A stretch of DNA of 64,000 nucleotides from Mobula birostris (GCF_030028105.1 NC_092383.1:77603359-77667358); one strand, 5' to 3'; shown: positions 26,491 through 39,987, numbered from the stretch's first letter. Notes: generated from the letters alone by a model not told the origin. Translations and numbers: made by a program.

Positions 26491-26758
26491 TATGTATACA
26501 ATGGCCCTTTCTCATCCTGTTATTCCTGTTCTCAAACTGATGCACGGAACTCTGACTGGATATACAGAACTCCACCCAGTTAATACCAATTCTAATCTGA
26601 TACACCCACACCCACTCCCAGAGATCTGATCTATAGACTCTCTGTCTGACGCACAAACTCTCTTCTGACCTTCCATCTATTAAACAGCTCCCTAGAGAAG
26701 TGCAGGCACTCCCAACAGCCCACAACATGTCGCCGTGGTTCACCTGCGCCATCTTGAG

Positions 26759-27045
26759 GGGCCGCCACGATATCACAGTGGTTAGCGAAATTCTGTCGCA
26801 GCTTGGGGCGTCAGAGTTCAGAGTTCATTTCTGGAGTTGCATGTAAGGAGTCTGCACGTGCAATGCATGGGTTTTCTTTGGGATGCCACGGTTCCCTCCC
26901 ACATTCCAAGGACGCACGGGGTAGGTTAATAGGGCATTGTAATTTGTCCTGTGATTAGGTTAGGGTTAAGTTTGGGTTGTTGGGGTAGCACAGCCCAAAG
27001 GGCAGGAAGGGCCTATTCTGTGTGTATCATTAAATAAATAAACAA
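26759..27045 (+). mobile_element. HE1-type V-SINE
   Basis: tRNA head, degenerate V-domain, gaagggccta tail and (TAAA)n. Confidence 0.75.
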
Positions 27046-27323
27046 ATAAGGAAACAAACAAACACATACAGTATAAAAGTTTCAGTCTGCTTCGGGGATG
27101 AAACCCAGTCTGACATGGGCCTGCAGTGTTATATGTGATCCCAGGTCTAAGATCAAAACTTTGTCAGATAGTGGACCCCTGTTAGATACAAGAACCCCAA
27201 CATACACAAAAATACCACTGGTCTGAGACACGGGGCTCCAGGCTTATCAATTAGCCCCATTTGAAAGAAAACTGATTGCAGAGGTTTAGGAAAGATATTG
27301 TAATTCAAAAACTCAAACAGAAA

Positions 27324-27874
27324 CACACTGTGGCCACTTTATTAGGTACATCTATACACCTATTCATTATTGCAAATACCTAATCAGCCAATCATGTGAC
27401 AGAATCTCAATTGCATAAAAGCATGCAGACATGGTCAAGAGGTTCAGCTGTTGTTCAGACCAAACATCAGAATGGGGAAGAAATGCGATCTAACTGACTT
27501 TGACTGTGGAATGATTACTGGTGCCAGATGGGGTGGTTTGAGTATCTCAGAAACTGCTGATCTCCTGGGATTTTCATGCAGAGCAGTCTCTAGAATTTAC
27601 AGAGAATGGTGCAAAATAAAAACCAATGACTGAGCAACAGTTTTGTTAATGAGTGAGGTCAGAAGAGAATGGCTAGACAGGTTCAAGCTGACAGGAAGGC
27701 AACAGTAACTCAAATGACCATGCATTACAACAGCGGTGTGCAGAAGAGCATCTCTGAATGCACAACATGTCGAACCATGAAGTGGATGGGCTACAGCAGC
27801 AGGAGACCACGGACATATACTCAGCGACCACATTACTAGGCACAGGAGATACCTAATGAAATGGTTGCTGAGTG
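27324..27874 (+). mobile_element. Tc1 non-autonomous derivative (copy B, complete)
   Basis: 5' TIR cacactgtggccactttattaggtac; MGKKCDLTDFDCGMITGARWGGLSISETADLLGFS; terminal TIR-TIR unit at 27818-27874 followed by TA. Confidence 0.9.
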
Positions 27875-28836
27875 TAAGTGACACTTTTTTTTTGTACTTT
27901 TATCGTGGTTCCGTGTGTCAAGATAAACTGTGGATCAACACACAAGGTGGTCAGTGGATAATAATTAGGAGCAGAGACCTCCCCTATCTCACTAACTCAT
28001 CTGGAATCCCAATTACAGTGTAAACTAGAGTATGTGTAGGTGCAGGAAAAGCATTAACACTTATGATTGGGAGGTTGGTGGAACTGCACCGAATGAGTGA
28101 AGAAATCGCTGATTAGACAACTCATGGGACATTAAGTGTAAATCTCAAACTCAAAAACACAGCCTGCCTGTAATTCCTTTCTCCCGCTTAGTGACCATGA
28201 ATGATTGGGTATTAAATAAACATGAATGAGGCAGTCTGTAGTTTTTTGTTGGTAAGTGCAAAGTAGATATTAAATTATTAGTCAATAGCAGGAAATGGAA
28301 CTTGAGATTGCTAGCCATTTGATTTCAGTAGGTGTTTAACTGTCTGGATTGTACTGTTAAGGAAATAATTTTTCAAATTTACCAAGTTAGAATAAGGTTT
28401 ATGTGCAGGATCACATTTTGCACTAATTTTTCCGACAGACATCACAGAGTTTAGTCAAGGTAATTGCAAATTATTCAGACTCAGATTCAGGTTTATTGAA
28501 ACATAAAGTGAAATGTATATTCAAGTTAACAACCAATCCAACCCACAAGGGTTGCCGCACAATCGGGGGCGCCAGTATAGCGTGCCCTCAATGCACAGAA
28601 CACAGAACACAAGAAAACGAAATACACGAGGCAACAAAACAAGTCCAGCTCCTCACTAACACCAGCCCACCCACGTAATGTATATACACAGTCCTCCAAC
28701 CTCAGGACAGGCTACTTCCAGACTCCAGCGGACTCCTGCATCTGAGGACATTGGGTTCGGCTTCCCCAGTGGACTCACGGAGGCTTCTACAGACCTCTGG
28801 ACTTTGGATCGATTTTCGGGCTTTGATCTTCAGTAT

Positions 28837-29067
28837 TGTTGTGTATTTAATATTTGATAAACATTTGAGTGGTATTGTATATTTATATTGGTTGATTGAG
28901 CATTCTTGTTCATTTACATAATTCATTAAGGGTTATATGTATAAGTAAATGAATTCCATACGTCATAACGATACCACATGACCCATGCGCTCCTCGCTTA
29001 AAGTAAACTCAATAGTTAGACCCATTTGGGATCACAATTTGAATTTGTTTAATGTTTTCAAGTTACA
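28837..29067. mobile_element. Probable solo LTR (231 bp)
   Basis: AT-rich block with TG..CA ends, flanked by agtat/ggtat (5-bp TSD, one mismatch), interrupting a GC-richer repeat spanning about 28476-29350. Confidence 0.55.
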
Positions 29068-29100
29068 GGTATCAACCTCAGGACTCGCCAATGACAATGA

Positions 29101-29193
29101 CAGACATCCCACCTCTGCCGGAAGTTCCGGGAGTCTCCCGCAAATTGATGGTGCTACCTCCCTGAAATGAGTTTTTGCAGGGTCGGATGTCCG
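29101..29193. mobile_element. 93-bp MITE
   Basis: 13-bp terminal inverted repeats cagacatcccacc / ggtcggatgtccg (2 mismatches); flanks caatga / cagtga. Confidence 0.55.
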
Positions 29194-29389
29194 CAGTGAA
29201 TCAGGACCCCAAACTTCAGGCCTCAAACTCCAGACTCTCCATGACTCGGACACTGAACACTAGGCCTTGAATTCTGGTCTCGCCATTTCAGTGCCTCTGA
29301 CAGAATCTATTGCCTTTCTCACACTTCAGAATCAGAATGAGTTTTACTAAACCCGACGCACATTGGGAAATGTGTTGTTTTACGGCGGC

Positions 29390-30968
29390 AGTAGGGCCAT
29401 TCAGGAATAAAGGGGGAAACGTGCCTGGAGGTGGAGGAGGTAGGTACTTTGCTTCAGTGTTCGCCAAAGAGATAGACTTTAACAAATGTAGGGTGGAACA
29501 AGCTAATGTGATCGAAGATATTGAATTTAAGAAGGAGGTAGCATTGGAGGCTTCTACAAAACATTAGGACAGATAAATCAATGGGCTCAGACGGAATATA
29601 TCCAAGGTTACTATCGGAAGCAAGGAAAGAGATGGCTAGCATATTGACGTTGAATTAGGTGTCCCCCTTGTCCACAGGACTGGTACCGGTCAATTGGAGG
29701 ATTGCAAATGAGGTTCTGTTGTTCAAGAAAAGTAACAGGGATAATCTTGGGAATTATAGACCAGTGATTCTGACATTTTTGCTGGTAGACTATTGGAGAA
29801 GATTCTTAGGAACAGGACTTATGAGCATTTGAAGAATCATAGACCTATTAGGGAGAGTCAGCATGACATTGTGAGGGGTAAATCATGCCACACAAGCCTG
29901 ACGAAGATTTTAGAGGAGAAAACAAAACAAGTTAATGAAGGCAATGTGGTATATGTGGATTTTAAGCCATAAGGAATGGGATGCATGGAATCTTTGCTGT
30001 GTGTATTCAGAATTGGTTTGCTCACAGAAGACAGAGTGTGGTAGTAGATGGAGCATATTCTGCCACTAGGTCAGTGACTAATGGTGTTCTGCACGGATCT
30101 ATTGTGCTCTTCGTGATGTTTATAAATGACTTGGATGAGAAAGTGGATTAGCAAATTTGCAGATGACATGAAGGTCTGAAGTGTTGTGGATAGTGTAGAA
30201 GATTGCCATAGGTTACAGTAGGATATAGACTGGATGCAGAGATGGACAGAGAAGTGGAAGATGGAGCACAATCCAGAGAAATATGAAAGCTACACTTTGG
30301 AAGGCTGAACTTGAAGGTGGAGGACAAGGTTAATGGCAGGATTTTAATCAGTGTGGAGGAACAGAGGGACCTTACTGCACAAGTAGATAGAGTGGTTAAG
30401 AAGTTGTATGATATGTTGACCTTCAATAGTCTTGAAGTAATGATGCACCTCTATAAAACTCTGATTAGACTACATCTGGAGTATTGTGTGCAGATCAGTT
30501 TGCCCCATTATAAAAACAACGTGGAAGCTTTAGAGATGGTGAAGATTTACTCGGATGCTACCTGGATTAGAGCACATTTCTTTTGAAGAAAGGATGAGCA
30601 AACTAGGGCTTTTCTCCTTGGAGCAATAGAGGATGGAAGACAACTTGATAAAAGTGTATAAAATTATGAGACACATAAATATAGTAGACAACCAGCCACC
30701 AATGGCCAATACCAGAAGACTCCCATTTAAGGGGAGTACAGAAGAGTTTAAGAGAGGAGATTTTAAACAGAGGGTGGTTAGTCTTTGGAAAGCACTGATA
30801 AGCATGGTTGGTAGAGGCTGATACAACAGTAGGCACATGGTTGTAAGAAAAATGGAAGGTTTTGGGCTGTGTGGAGGGAAGGGTTAGATTGATTGTGCTG
30901 TTGCTTTATACAGGTCAGCACAACATTGTGGGCCGAAGTGCCTGTACTGTGCTATACTGTTCTATGTT
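29390..30968 (+). mobile_element. CR1 LINE ORF2 RT relic with 3' UTR
   Basis: NYRPV, KFADD and LYKTLIRLHLEYCVQ motifs across frameshifts; CR1 3' UTR. Confidence 0.9.
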
Positions 30969-31559
30969 TTTTGTTATAGTACAGTACAAGACATAAAAAT
31001 TACTACCTGACAGTGAAGGGGAAGAAACTGTCCTTAGGGTGTTCAATGTGGATCTTTAGGCTCCTATGAAGCAACGAGGGCATATTCTGGATGGTAAGAG
31101 TCCTTAATACTGGATGCTGCCTTTTTGACAGTGTTCTCGATGGCGGGTTGGGATGACGGAGAGGGAAACACTTTATTTTGCATGTATTCAATCTTAACTT
31201 CCTTTGATTCACTATATGTAGACGCCAACAAAAATTTTAAGTTAGGCAGCAAAGTCATTCCAAGGTTCTTCACAGGATCTATTCAGCCTTCCCTCCAACC
31301 ACACTGGGTTAATATCATCTGACAGCACCCTGCTGGAAAGATCATGTGGCACTGTTTCAAAGAAGAGCACAAGAGGTCTCGCAAAAGTCTTGATCAATGA
31401 TTAGCCCTCAAGTTAGTGCTGTCATAACTCCCCGCATTACTTGCTAAATTATTTAGCTTTTGTGCAAGGGGCTAGTTAAAAACTGGCAACAGAACAATTG
31501 TGAAAACTGGCCTGAATAAGGTGCTCGGGTTTAGGGTGCACACTGACCCACAACTTTTA

Positions 31560-31790
31560 CTTAGCACAGTATCAGGCCCTTCCAACCCGACAAATCCATG
31601 AGCCAAATTACACCCATGTGACCAATTAACTTACTAATCTGTACGCCTTTGGAACGTGAGAGGAAACTGGAGCACCTGGAGGAAACATACATGGTGAAGG
31701 GGCAAACGTACCAACTCCTTACAGACAGAGGCCAGAACACTAGTGCAATGATAGCATGATGCCAAGTGTTATGCTATCATGCTGACTCTC
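31560..31790 (-). mobile_element. HE1-type V-SINE
   Basis: gaggaaactggagcacctggaggaaac, reverse complement of the V-domain. Confidence 0.75.
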
Positions 31791-32214
31791 CAGCTGCTGA
31801 GCTCAGCCTTGTTCCCTGCCATGGGCTTTTTGGCGTATGTAATCCACACCGACTCTAATCCACTAGAGAAGTACTATAACTATACTTAGCTGCTTTTCCA
31901 AGTGCTAATAATTGCAAGGGAGATCTTTCCTGTGGGATACTGGTAGAAATCCATTCTGGGCAAAAGGGCAACATTATTAATTTTCCACTCTTTTTGAATA
32001 TCATTTTCCATTGACCATAGTGACTCCAAAGGAAAGAATGAAAGGCAGACAACAAATAGAACTCCAGTTTTAGACTTCCTGTTATGGGCATCCAAACTGG
32101 CCTTTCCACCAATTAAATAATTCGAAAGATGTGGCCACCATCAGAAAGAAATCAGATGGAATTTTGTAGCTTTCTACTGCCCATGTTTAGTTGTTCCTCA
32201 ATTTTTGTTTTTCA

Positions 32215-32925
32215 GAAACAGAATCAGGTTTATTATGTTGTGAAATTTGTTGCTTTATGGCAGCAGCAGTACAGTGCAAAATTCATAATATATTGTAAAA
32301 GATAATAAACATTAAAACATTAAATAACTACTACATAAAGAGAGCAAAAAATAGTGTTCATGGATTCACTGTCCATTCAGAATCTGGTGGCAGAGGGGAA
32401 GAAGTTGTTCATAAAATGTTGAGTGTGTGTCTTCAGGCTCCTGTATCTCCTCTCTGATGTTAGCAGTGAGAAGAGGATATGTCCTTGGATGGTGGGGTCC
32501 TTAATGATAGATGTCACCTTTTTGAGGCATTGCCTTTTGAAATGTCCTCAACAGTGGGGAGGCTAATGTTTGTGATGGACCTGCGGGAGTTTGCAACCCT
32601 CTGCAGCTTTTTCTGACCCTGTACCGTGTCCCCCTTCATACTAGATGATGATGCCACCAATTAAAATGCTCTCCACAGTACATCCATAGAAATTTGGTGG
32701 AGTCTTTGGTGACGTGCCATATCTCTTCAAACTCTGAATGAAATATAGTTACCAGCGTGCCATCTTTGTATTGCATCAGTATGCTGGGCCCAGGTTAGAT
32801 CTTCAGAGATGTTGACACCCAGGAACTTGAAACTGCTCACCCTTTCCACCGCTGCCCCCCACCCCCCAATAAGGACTAGTGTGTGTTCCCTCATCTTCTC
32901 CTTCTTGAAGTCCACAATCAATTCA
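32215..32925 (-). mobile_element. Rex1/Babar LINE 3' fragment
   Basis: MIVDFKK..VERVSSFKFLGVNISEDLTW; tail gaatcaggtttatt. Confidence 0.85.
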
Positions 32926-33559
32926 GGTGGTAACAGGAGGGGGAAAAAAAAGGCCTGCTTCAGAAACCAATTTTAGTTGACTTCTGAAAGCTATTTTCAA
33001 ACATTGTTGCTGCCACATTTGGGGTTACAAGAGGCCAAGAATTGAATGCTTTTTAATCTCCATTGTTTCACACAATTTTTGCTCCTGACGCCTTTTCTCA
33101 AATTGACTTTTGAAATGAACCTGAGTAAAATTTTTGGTTTGTCATACTGTTGAGCAGTTTCTAATGAAGATTTGACTTTGCTTACTGATGACTGTGTTAC
33201 TATGAGAATTTTGATTTCAGAGAAAACCAACAGGAAAATGTTTGTTCAACTCCTCCAATTATTCCTCTGTTAGTAATACATTTTCCAAACTATTTCAAAA
33301 AGACTCTAAAATGTTGTAATTCCAAGGCTGGATTGGTTTCACATTTACATAGATCTTGAAGCTATTTACACCAGTGCTGGTTTATCTATTCAAATAATCT
33401 CCACACTCAGGATAACTTGCTACTTGAAAAACCCACCTGCATGAAATGTATGCCAGTATTCCAATTGTACAAACAACATAATCTGATATCATCCTATTCC
33501 AAAACGCATGACAAAGTTCCACCCAGACAAAATGTGTGATGGATTCCAACCCGTGCCAA

Positions 33560-34140
33560 TTGAATGATGGGATGTTCACCTGTGCTGGATGCATGATGAG
33601 ATTCTCACCTGTGCCAGGTAAACATAGAATAGTAGAGCACAAGAGCATGCCCTTTGGCCCACGCCACTTGTGTCAAACACAATGCCAGTGTAATGCATAT
33701 CCATCACATTCACTGCCTATTTATGTATCTATCTAAAAGCCTGTTAACACTATTGTGTCTGCTTCTACCAGCACTCCTGGCCCTCATTCCAGGCACTGAC
33801 CACTATCCGTATAATATCTTGGCCCTACACATCTCCTTTAAACTTTTCTCCTCTCACCTTAAATGCCTCCCTCTAGTATTTGATATTTCCACTCCAGGAA
33901 AAGAAATTATGACAGTCTATCCTATCTATGCCTCTCACAATTTTATAACTTTCTATCAGTTCTCCTCTCAGTCTCCGACAGCTCAAAGAAAGCAATCCAA
34001 GTGGAGCTGATACCCTCCAATCCAAGTGGAGTTGATACCTTCCAATCCAAGCAGCATCCTGGTAATTCTGTTCTGTATCATTTCCAAAGTCTACACATCC
34101 TTCCTGCAATGGGGCACCCAGAACTGCACACAATACTTCA
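33560..34140 (-). mobile_element. CR1 LINE 3' fragment containing a 25-bp tandem duplication (33993-34051)
   Basis: LGLLSLSCRRLRGELIESYKIVRGIDRID; caatccaagtggag(c/t)tgatacc(c/t)tc occurs twice. Confidence 0.8.
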
Positions 34141-34169
34141 ACTATCAACAACAACTCCACAAGTTCACA

Positions 34170-35140
34170 TTACTGAAGACAAATGATGGGATACTGACCT
34201 GCACAGAATCCTTGATGAGGTGCGAAGGCCAGCCAGTTTAATTCCACTCCTGCTCTCCCACCAGCATGTCGGTCCATGGCCTCCTCCACTACCCAGCCAA
34301 GAAAAACCACAAATGAGAGGAGCAGCATCTCATATTCTACCTGGGCCGTCTCCAACCTGATGGCATGACCATTGGGTCCTCTAACCTCTAGTAACTGCTT
34401 CCCTTTGGGATTTCCCCCTTTCTTTCTTTTCTCTCTCTCCTGATTTAGCTGTCCCTTATCATCCTATTATTCCTCTCCCCCATGTATTTTCCATCTATCC
34501 ATCATTCACACACTCCTCCCATTGGTTCCCCTCATCACCTCCCTCCCTGCTCGATGCTCCATTACATCCCCTTTCAGATTCCATCACCTTCGGCCCCTTT
34601 GCTGCTTCCACCTATCACCTTCCAGCTTCTGACATTCTTCTCAATCTCCCCCTCCCTCTTCTGCCTTTTACTCCCCTCAACTAGATCCACCAGGGGGCCA
34701 TGGTAGCATAGCAGTTAGAGCAACACTATTACAGCTCAGGGCATCCACAGTTCAGAGTTCAACTCCAATGTCATCTGTAAGGAGTTTCTACATCTTTCCC
34801 CTGAATACATTGGTTGCCCCTAGGTGCTCTGGTTTCTTCCCACAGTCTAAAGACGGTTAGTAGGTCAGCTGGTCATTGTAGATTGTCCTGTGATTAGACT
34901 AGGGTTGCTGGTGGTGCAGCTTGAAGGGCTGGCAGGGTCTATAGTCTGCTATAACACTAACTAAATAAATAAATATAGCCAATCACCTACCAGCACCTGC
35001 TCTACCCTTCCTTTGCCTTTTTTAATGCTGTCACCCCTCCCATTCTCTCCAGTTCATATGAAAAGTCTCATCCCGAAACATTGATTGCCTTTCTCTCTCT
35101 GTAGATGCTGCCTGAGTTTGTCCCTCTGCATTGTTCCACA
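34170..35140 (+). mobile_element. Penelope-like 3' fragment interrupted by a V-SINE (34693-34975)
   Basis: GIY-YIG C-terminal remnant and pyrimidine-rich UTR resume after the (TAAA)n SINE tail. Confidence 0.7.
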
Positions 35141-36072
35141 GCATTAAGGTTCACAAAACATTTACCAATGAACGCAAAGCAATACCAAGCAAAGAAGCTG
35201 CCAAAACATTTATGGAAACTTTCCCCCTGGGGCCTTTTGATAACTAAAGCCTGACTTTATATTATGGGCTGTTGTTAATCTCTCCATAATCTCCCTATAT
35301 TTTATTCAGAGCATCTCGCCAATCCTAATACAGGAAATTAACATCCTTTAATTTGTTTTATTAGATTCAGCCTTTTACCCTTTGAGTTAATTAAGTACTT
35401 CAGCCCCTGCCACATTAATCCATGCTGCATATGCAACATGCAATTATTGGAGAAAGCCTCTACCCATAGAATGTGAAATTATTAACCCTTTCTGCTTAAA
35501 ATACCATCACTCCAACTAAAACAAATTAATAATATAGTACTTACTATCATGCAAATCCAGTTAAATTCAATTTGGTCTTTTTCACTGGTCTTAAATAAAA
35601 AGTAATAAGCTATTATATATATCTGGGCCAGGTAGTTAAATTGCTGGCCCTTGATTTCTTGTGTTTTGTCTGAAATTGATCCAACCAGGGACTAAAAGGT
35701 TCTGATTTGAGCAGAAATTCTGAAGGATTCCTAATTAAAATGCATGGCTATGGTTAGGGTGTTAGTTTGTGGGCAGTGGGAAAATTAACGTTCTTGTGTT
35801 TATTGATCTCATTACTGGAGATTGACTGTCACTTTGATCTGACTCATACCTTCATTAACCTGGTCCAACTCCACTTGCCTTTATTGGGATCTATTTTTTT
35901 CTGTCATCTATCTTATTACGGGGTGTTGTACGCCTGTGTGTAGAAGGTGGGGGAAATGGTCAGGGTGTTTGGGGTAATGGCTTTGTTTAATGTGTCGAAT
36001 GTGTGTGGGCTGGAAGTGGAGGTTGCTGAGTGTCAGGAAGTGTTGCTTAGGGTCAAGGGGTGTTTACTGGGG

Positions 36073-36445
36073 ATCCTTCTCCGAGGATTGTCACCTTGTC
36101 ATGTTGGAGAGGCTTGTCGGTTCTTGAGATCCAAAGAGCGATGCCATCTGGAGCTTAGCTCCTGGTGGAGTCACCCATGACGGTAAGGTCAAAGGGTGAG
36201 GTTCCAGACAAAGAACAATCCAACCAAGAGCTCCACAGCGGAACTGATGGAAGATGGTGACACATCATAACATCAGTGAAGGTGGAGGAAGGCTGCAGCA
36301 GTGAAGGATCGCCAGTCAACTTGCACTTCATGCCACTGAACCCTGACCCCAATCTGTCAAGGACCATCCGCTGGCTGTCCATGCAAAAGCCTCCCCATGT
36401 TAAACAAAGTCATGCACAGTTGTTCTCCGTTAAAGGAATCCCCCA
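36073..36445 (+). mobile_element. RTE 5' UTR-derived non-autonomous element
   Basis: caccttgtcatgttggagaggcttg..gtcacccatg..aggtcaaagg resembles RTE/BovB 5' UTRs; second copy at 55532-55880. Confidence 0.6.
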
Positions 36446-36450
36446 CACAC

Positions 36451-37645
36451 AGAATCAGGTTTAATATCACTGGCATACAGTATATCATGAAATTTGCCGT
36501 TTTGCAGCAGCAGTACATTGCAATATAAAATAATTTTAACAACTATTAATTACAATAAGAAGTGTATATATAATTAAATATGTAGTGCAAAAAAAGAGCC
36601 AAAAATTAGTGAAGTAGTGTTCAAGGATTCATTGTCCATTCAGAAATCTGATGGTGGAGGGGAAGAAGCTGTTACTGAAATGTTGAGTGTGTGTCTTCAT
36701 ATTCCTGTACCTCCTTGATGGTAGGAATGAGAAGAGGGTATGTCCTGGGTAATGGGAGTCCTTGATGATGGATGCCCCCTCTTGGAGGCATTGCCTTTTA
36801 AAGGTGCTCTCAATGCTGGGGAGGTTAGTGCCCATGATGGAACTGGCTGAGTTTACAACTTTCTACTGCTTTTTCTGATCCTGTGCATTGGCTCCTCTAT
36901 GCCAAATGGTGATGCAGCCAGTTAGAATGCTTTCCATGGTACATCTGTAGAAATTTGCAAGAGTCTCTGGTGACATACTAGGTCTCCTCAAATTCCTAAT
37001 GAAATATAGCCACTGTAATGCCTTCTTTGTCAGGCCCAGGAGAGATCTTCAGAGATGTTGACACTTAGAAACTTGAAACTGCTCACCCTTTCCAACACTG
37101 ATCTCTCAATGAGAACTGGTGTGTGTTCCCTCGACTTACCCTTGCTGAAGTCCACAATCAATTACTTGGTCTTCCTGACCCATTGAGCGCTAGGTTGTTG
37201 GAACACTATTCAGCCAGCTGATCTATTGCACTCCTGTACGTCTCCTCATCACCATCTGAAATTCTGCCAGCAATAGTTATGTCATTCACCAATTTATAGA
37301 AAGGGTTTGACCTGTGCCTAGTCATTCAGACATGGGTGTTGAGAGAGCAGAGCAGTGGGTTAAGCACACTTCTTCAGCTGAAGGTTTTGGAGCTTATTGA
37401 TTGGAACTGAGGGTATGATTGTGTTGAACACCGACCTATAATCAATAAACAGCAGCCTTACATTGGTATTTCTATTGTCTAGGTGCACCAAGGCCGAGTG
37501 GAGAACAAGTGAGATTGCATGTGCTGTGGACCTATTGTGGCGATAGGCAAATTGCAGTGGGTCCAGTTCCTTGCCTTGGCAGGAACTGATTCTGGCACCA
37601 TCACAGCAACTGGGCGATTGTCATTGAGGCAGCTCACCCTGCCCT
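36451..37645 (-). mobile_element. Rex1/Babar LINE ORF2 fragment
   Basis: LDPLQFAY region near 37540; ORF 36629-36835 C-terminus NSFFPSTIRFLN; 3' tail. Confidence 0.85.
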
Positions 37646-38197
37646 AACTTCTCCAAATGAGGATGCTTTAGGGTTAATGGGGGTGCTTAGGGTTAAGGGA
37701 TGTTGCTCAGGGTAGTGGGTGTTTAGGGTTAGGGTTAAGTTTAGTGTTTCGTGTGCTCCAAAAAAATTCTGTAGATGTAGTCCAGTAGGAGTTATTCAGA
37801 CAGTTTTGGAGTTACCTCTTCTTCTGTACCATGAGAAATCCTTAACCATAGATTTATGTCCAAACTGTGAGTAATACTAATCTGCAGAAGTACAGTATAA
37901 CACCAAAACCAGTAAGAATTTTGAGTTGTTGAAAGTGTCAGACATAGCTCAGTGGGTATTACTCTTACTCTGAGTCAGTAGGTTCTATTTCAAATTCCCA
38001 TCCAGCAAGCAATCTGTTCTCACTTGCCAGCATGGTGCTGAGGGAATGCTGCACTGTCAGTGGTGTCATTTTCAGATGAAGAACCTCATCTACCCCTTGG
38101 AAGGTTGTAAAATAGCACAGGATTTATTTTGATGTGCTTAGAAGTTCTTTTCAGTGCCTGTCCAAAACTAAAATACCTGATCATTATCTTGATGTTG

Positions 38198-38392
38198 CTG
38201 TCCGGTGGTGTAGTGGCATCAGCACCGGACTTTGAGGCGAATGATCCCGAGTTCGAATCCAGCCAGCTCTTTGCATGCCTTCCATCTGTGCTGGATGGAG
38301 CGTCAAGCTAGCAACTCAGCCTTGCAAAAAAATGGTCAAATTCTACAGAAAAGGTGAAAAAGGCCTCCCAAGGCATGAAAAGGAACAACAAT
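38198..38392 (+). mobile_element. tRNA-derived SINE
   Basis: A box tggtgtagtgg, B box gagttcgaatcc; homologous copy at 62031-62237. Confidence 0.7.
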
Positions 38393-38992
38393 CTCAATGT
38401 AGCTTCTGGGAGCTCCCTTTGCACACATTGGCTGTCTCCCCACTTTACAAGTGACTATGCTCCAAATTGCAAATTCCAAAATACATTGGGAAGTTATATA
38501 AATGCAAATTGTTTTCTTTACCTTCTGGGACCTCAGATCACAAGGGGTTAAATAGGAGATAACGAGACTGGAACCATTTTGACACAGTGATTTTCCAAGC
38601 CAAGGTGAGGCTCTCAGGATCAATGGATTCAGCACTCTTATTCTTGCTGTTATTATTTATTAAGGAATGATAACAGTGTATGCTGAAAGTAATCAGTGGG
38701 TCAACATCAGTGGAGAAAGCAGCAGAATAAACACTTCAGATCGATGCCTTCACATCAGAACATTGACCTTTTTCTCTTACACAACAATCCTGTTATAATA
38801 AAGACTAACATATCATTTACTTGCTTTCTGTGACTTGTATACAAAGTCTCCAGACTATATTAAGTAACTGCATTTGCCATTCTCATACCTAGAAAAAAAT
38901 CAGCTTGTTGCACTGCACAATACTTTTGTGCGACCAGGAAAGGAACTCAGGGATATACCAGTGGACAGCGAAGTTTGTGATTTTCCTTGTAG

Positions 38993-39130
38993 GTTTTCGG
39001 CGTGCATTACAGAAGAGCTGTTGGATATTCCACGCGGCTTCCAACAGAATACAAAACACCACTAGATGTTACCTTAGTACCATTCGCACAGGCTGTTTAT
39101 GCAGATGCATGTCTTCATGTGACATATGAG
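38993..39130 (+). CDS. Candidate 138-nt phase 0-0 exon (VFGVHYRRAVGYSTRLPTEYKTPLDVTLVPFAQAVYADACLHVTYE)
   Basis: Acceptor tgattttccttgtag, donor GAG/gttggt, open frame, retained CpGs, non-repeat; protein not recognised. Confidence 0.4.
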
Positions 39131-39987
39131 GTTGGTCTAGAGAGCACCAGCCTCAGACAGTGGAGTCAGTGGCGTCTGTTAATGGGAAACAGCTTCAGAT
39201 GAAGTATAAATCTTACTGTTTAATGCAGCTCCCCCAGCTCCCATCCCAACTACACCTACTCCTTCCACTAATGCCTGGAGCTCAGCTGAAAACTAGCAGC
39301 TCTGGCGTTGCAGCATTCCCTCAGTTTTGAACTGAAGAATGAAACTGTCACCTATTATTATTATTATTTTTATTTTCTCTGCTCAAGCTGGTAAAACCTG
39401 AGGTACGGGTATAGCCAAGCACTCTCATTTCTCATTTGCTCGGAGCTTTCAGACTATTCTAGTGGTGTTTAGTATTGTGGCTTTCTGGAGCTTTACATAA
39501 ATATTGCTGTGTAGGCCTAATTGTTTAATGCTATTTTGTAGTGACTTTGGGGTGATACAAGTTGTAGATACTACAATGGGGCAATGTCTACCCTGTTCAT
39601 ATTCCATAGTCTTTAAGTTTCCTCTTTTAATTCAGAATATTTCTGGTGTTTCTCACTTACTGATTATTATTGTTATTATTTGGTTTTCTGGTCATTTCAG
39701 CATATTTTGTTTCTCTCTTTCCCCTCCAATGCAGGTAACTTCACGTCTTTCCCTATTGTCTCCCCATTATGTCCAATCTTCCAGAGTCTTGTTCATTGTA
39801 CTTAACTAGCCCATATTTCTTTACGTCCCTGTGTAGCTGTTTACTGTTCTGTTAAGTTATGCATCAGCAAACTGGATAGGTTTCATTTGCTCCTTCATTT
39901 AAGTCATCAATATAGATCGTAGTAGTCAAGGTGGCAGCTTGGGTTGGGCTGTGAAAGCCGTCGAATGCATTTAACATTGAGACCGAT

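Noticed and set aside
38198-38275. tRNA gene (also at 62031 and the V-SINE heads)
   Set aside because: No complete cloverleaf; continues into a shared SINE body
39700-39745. Recursive splice site (polypyrimidine-CAG/GTAACT)
   Set aside because: Lies in a degenerate antisense CR1 segment; there is no evidence of use
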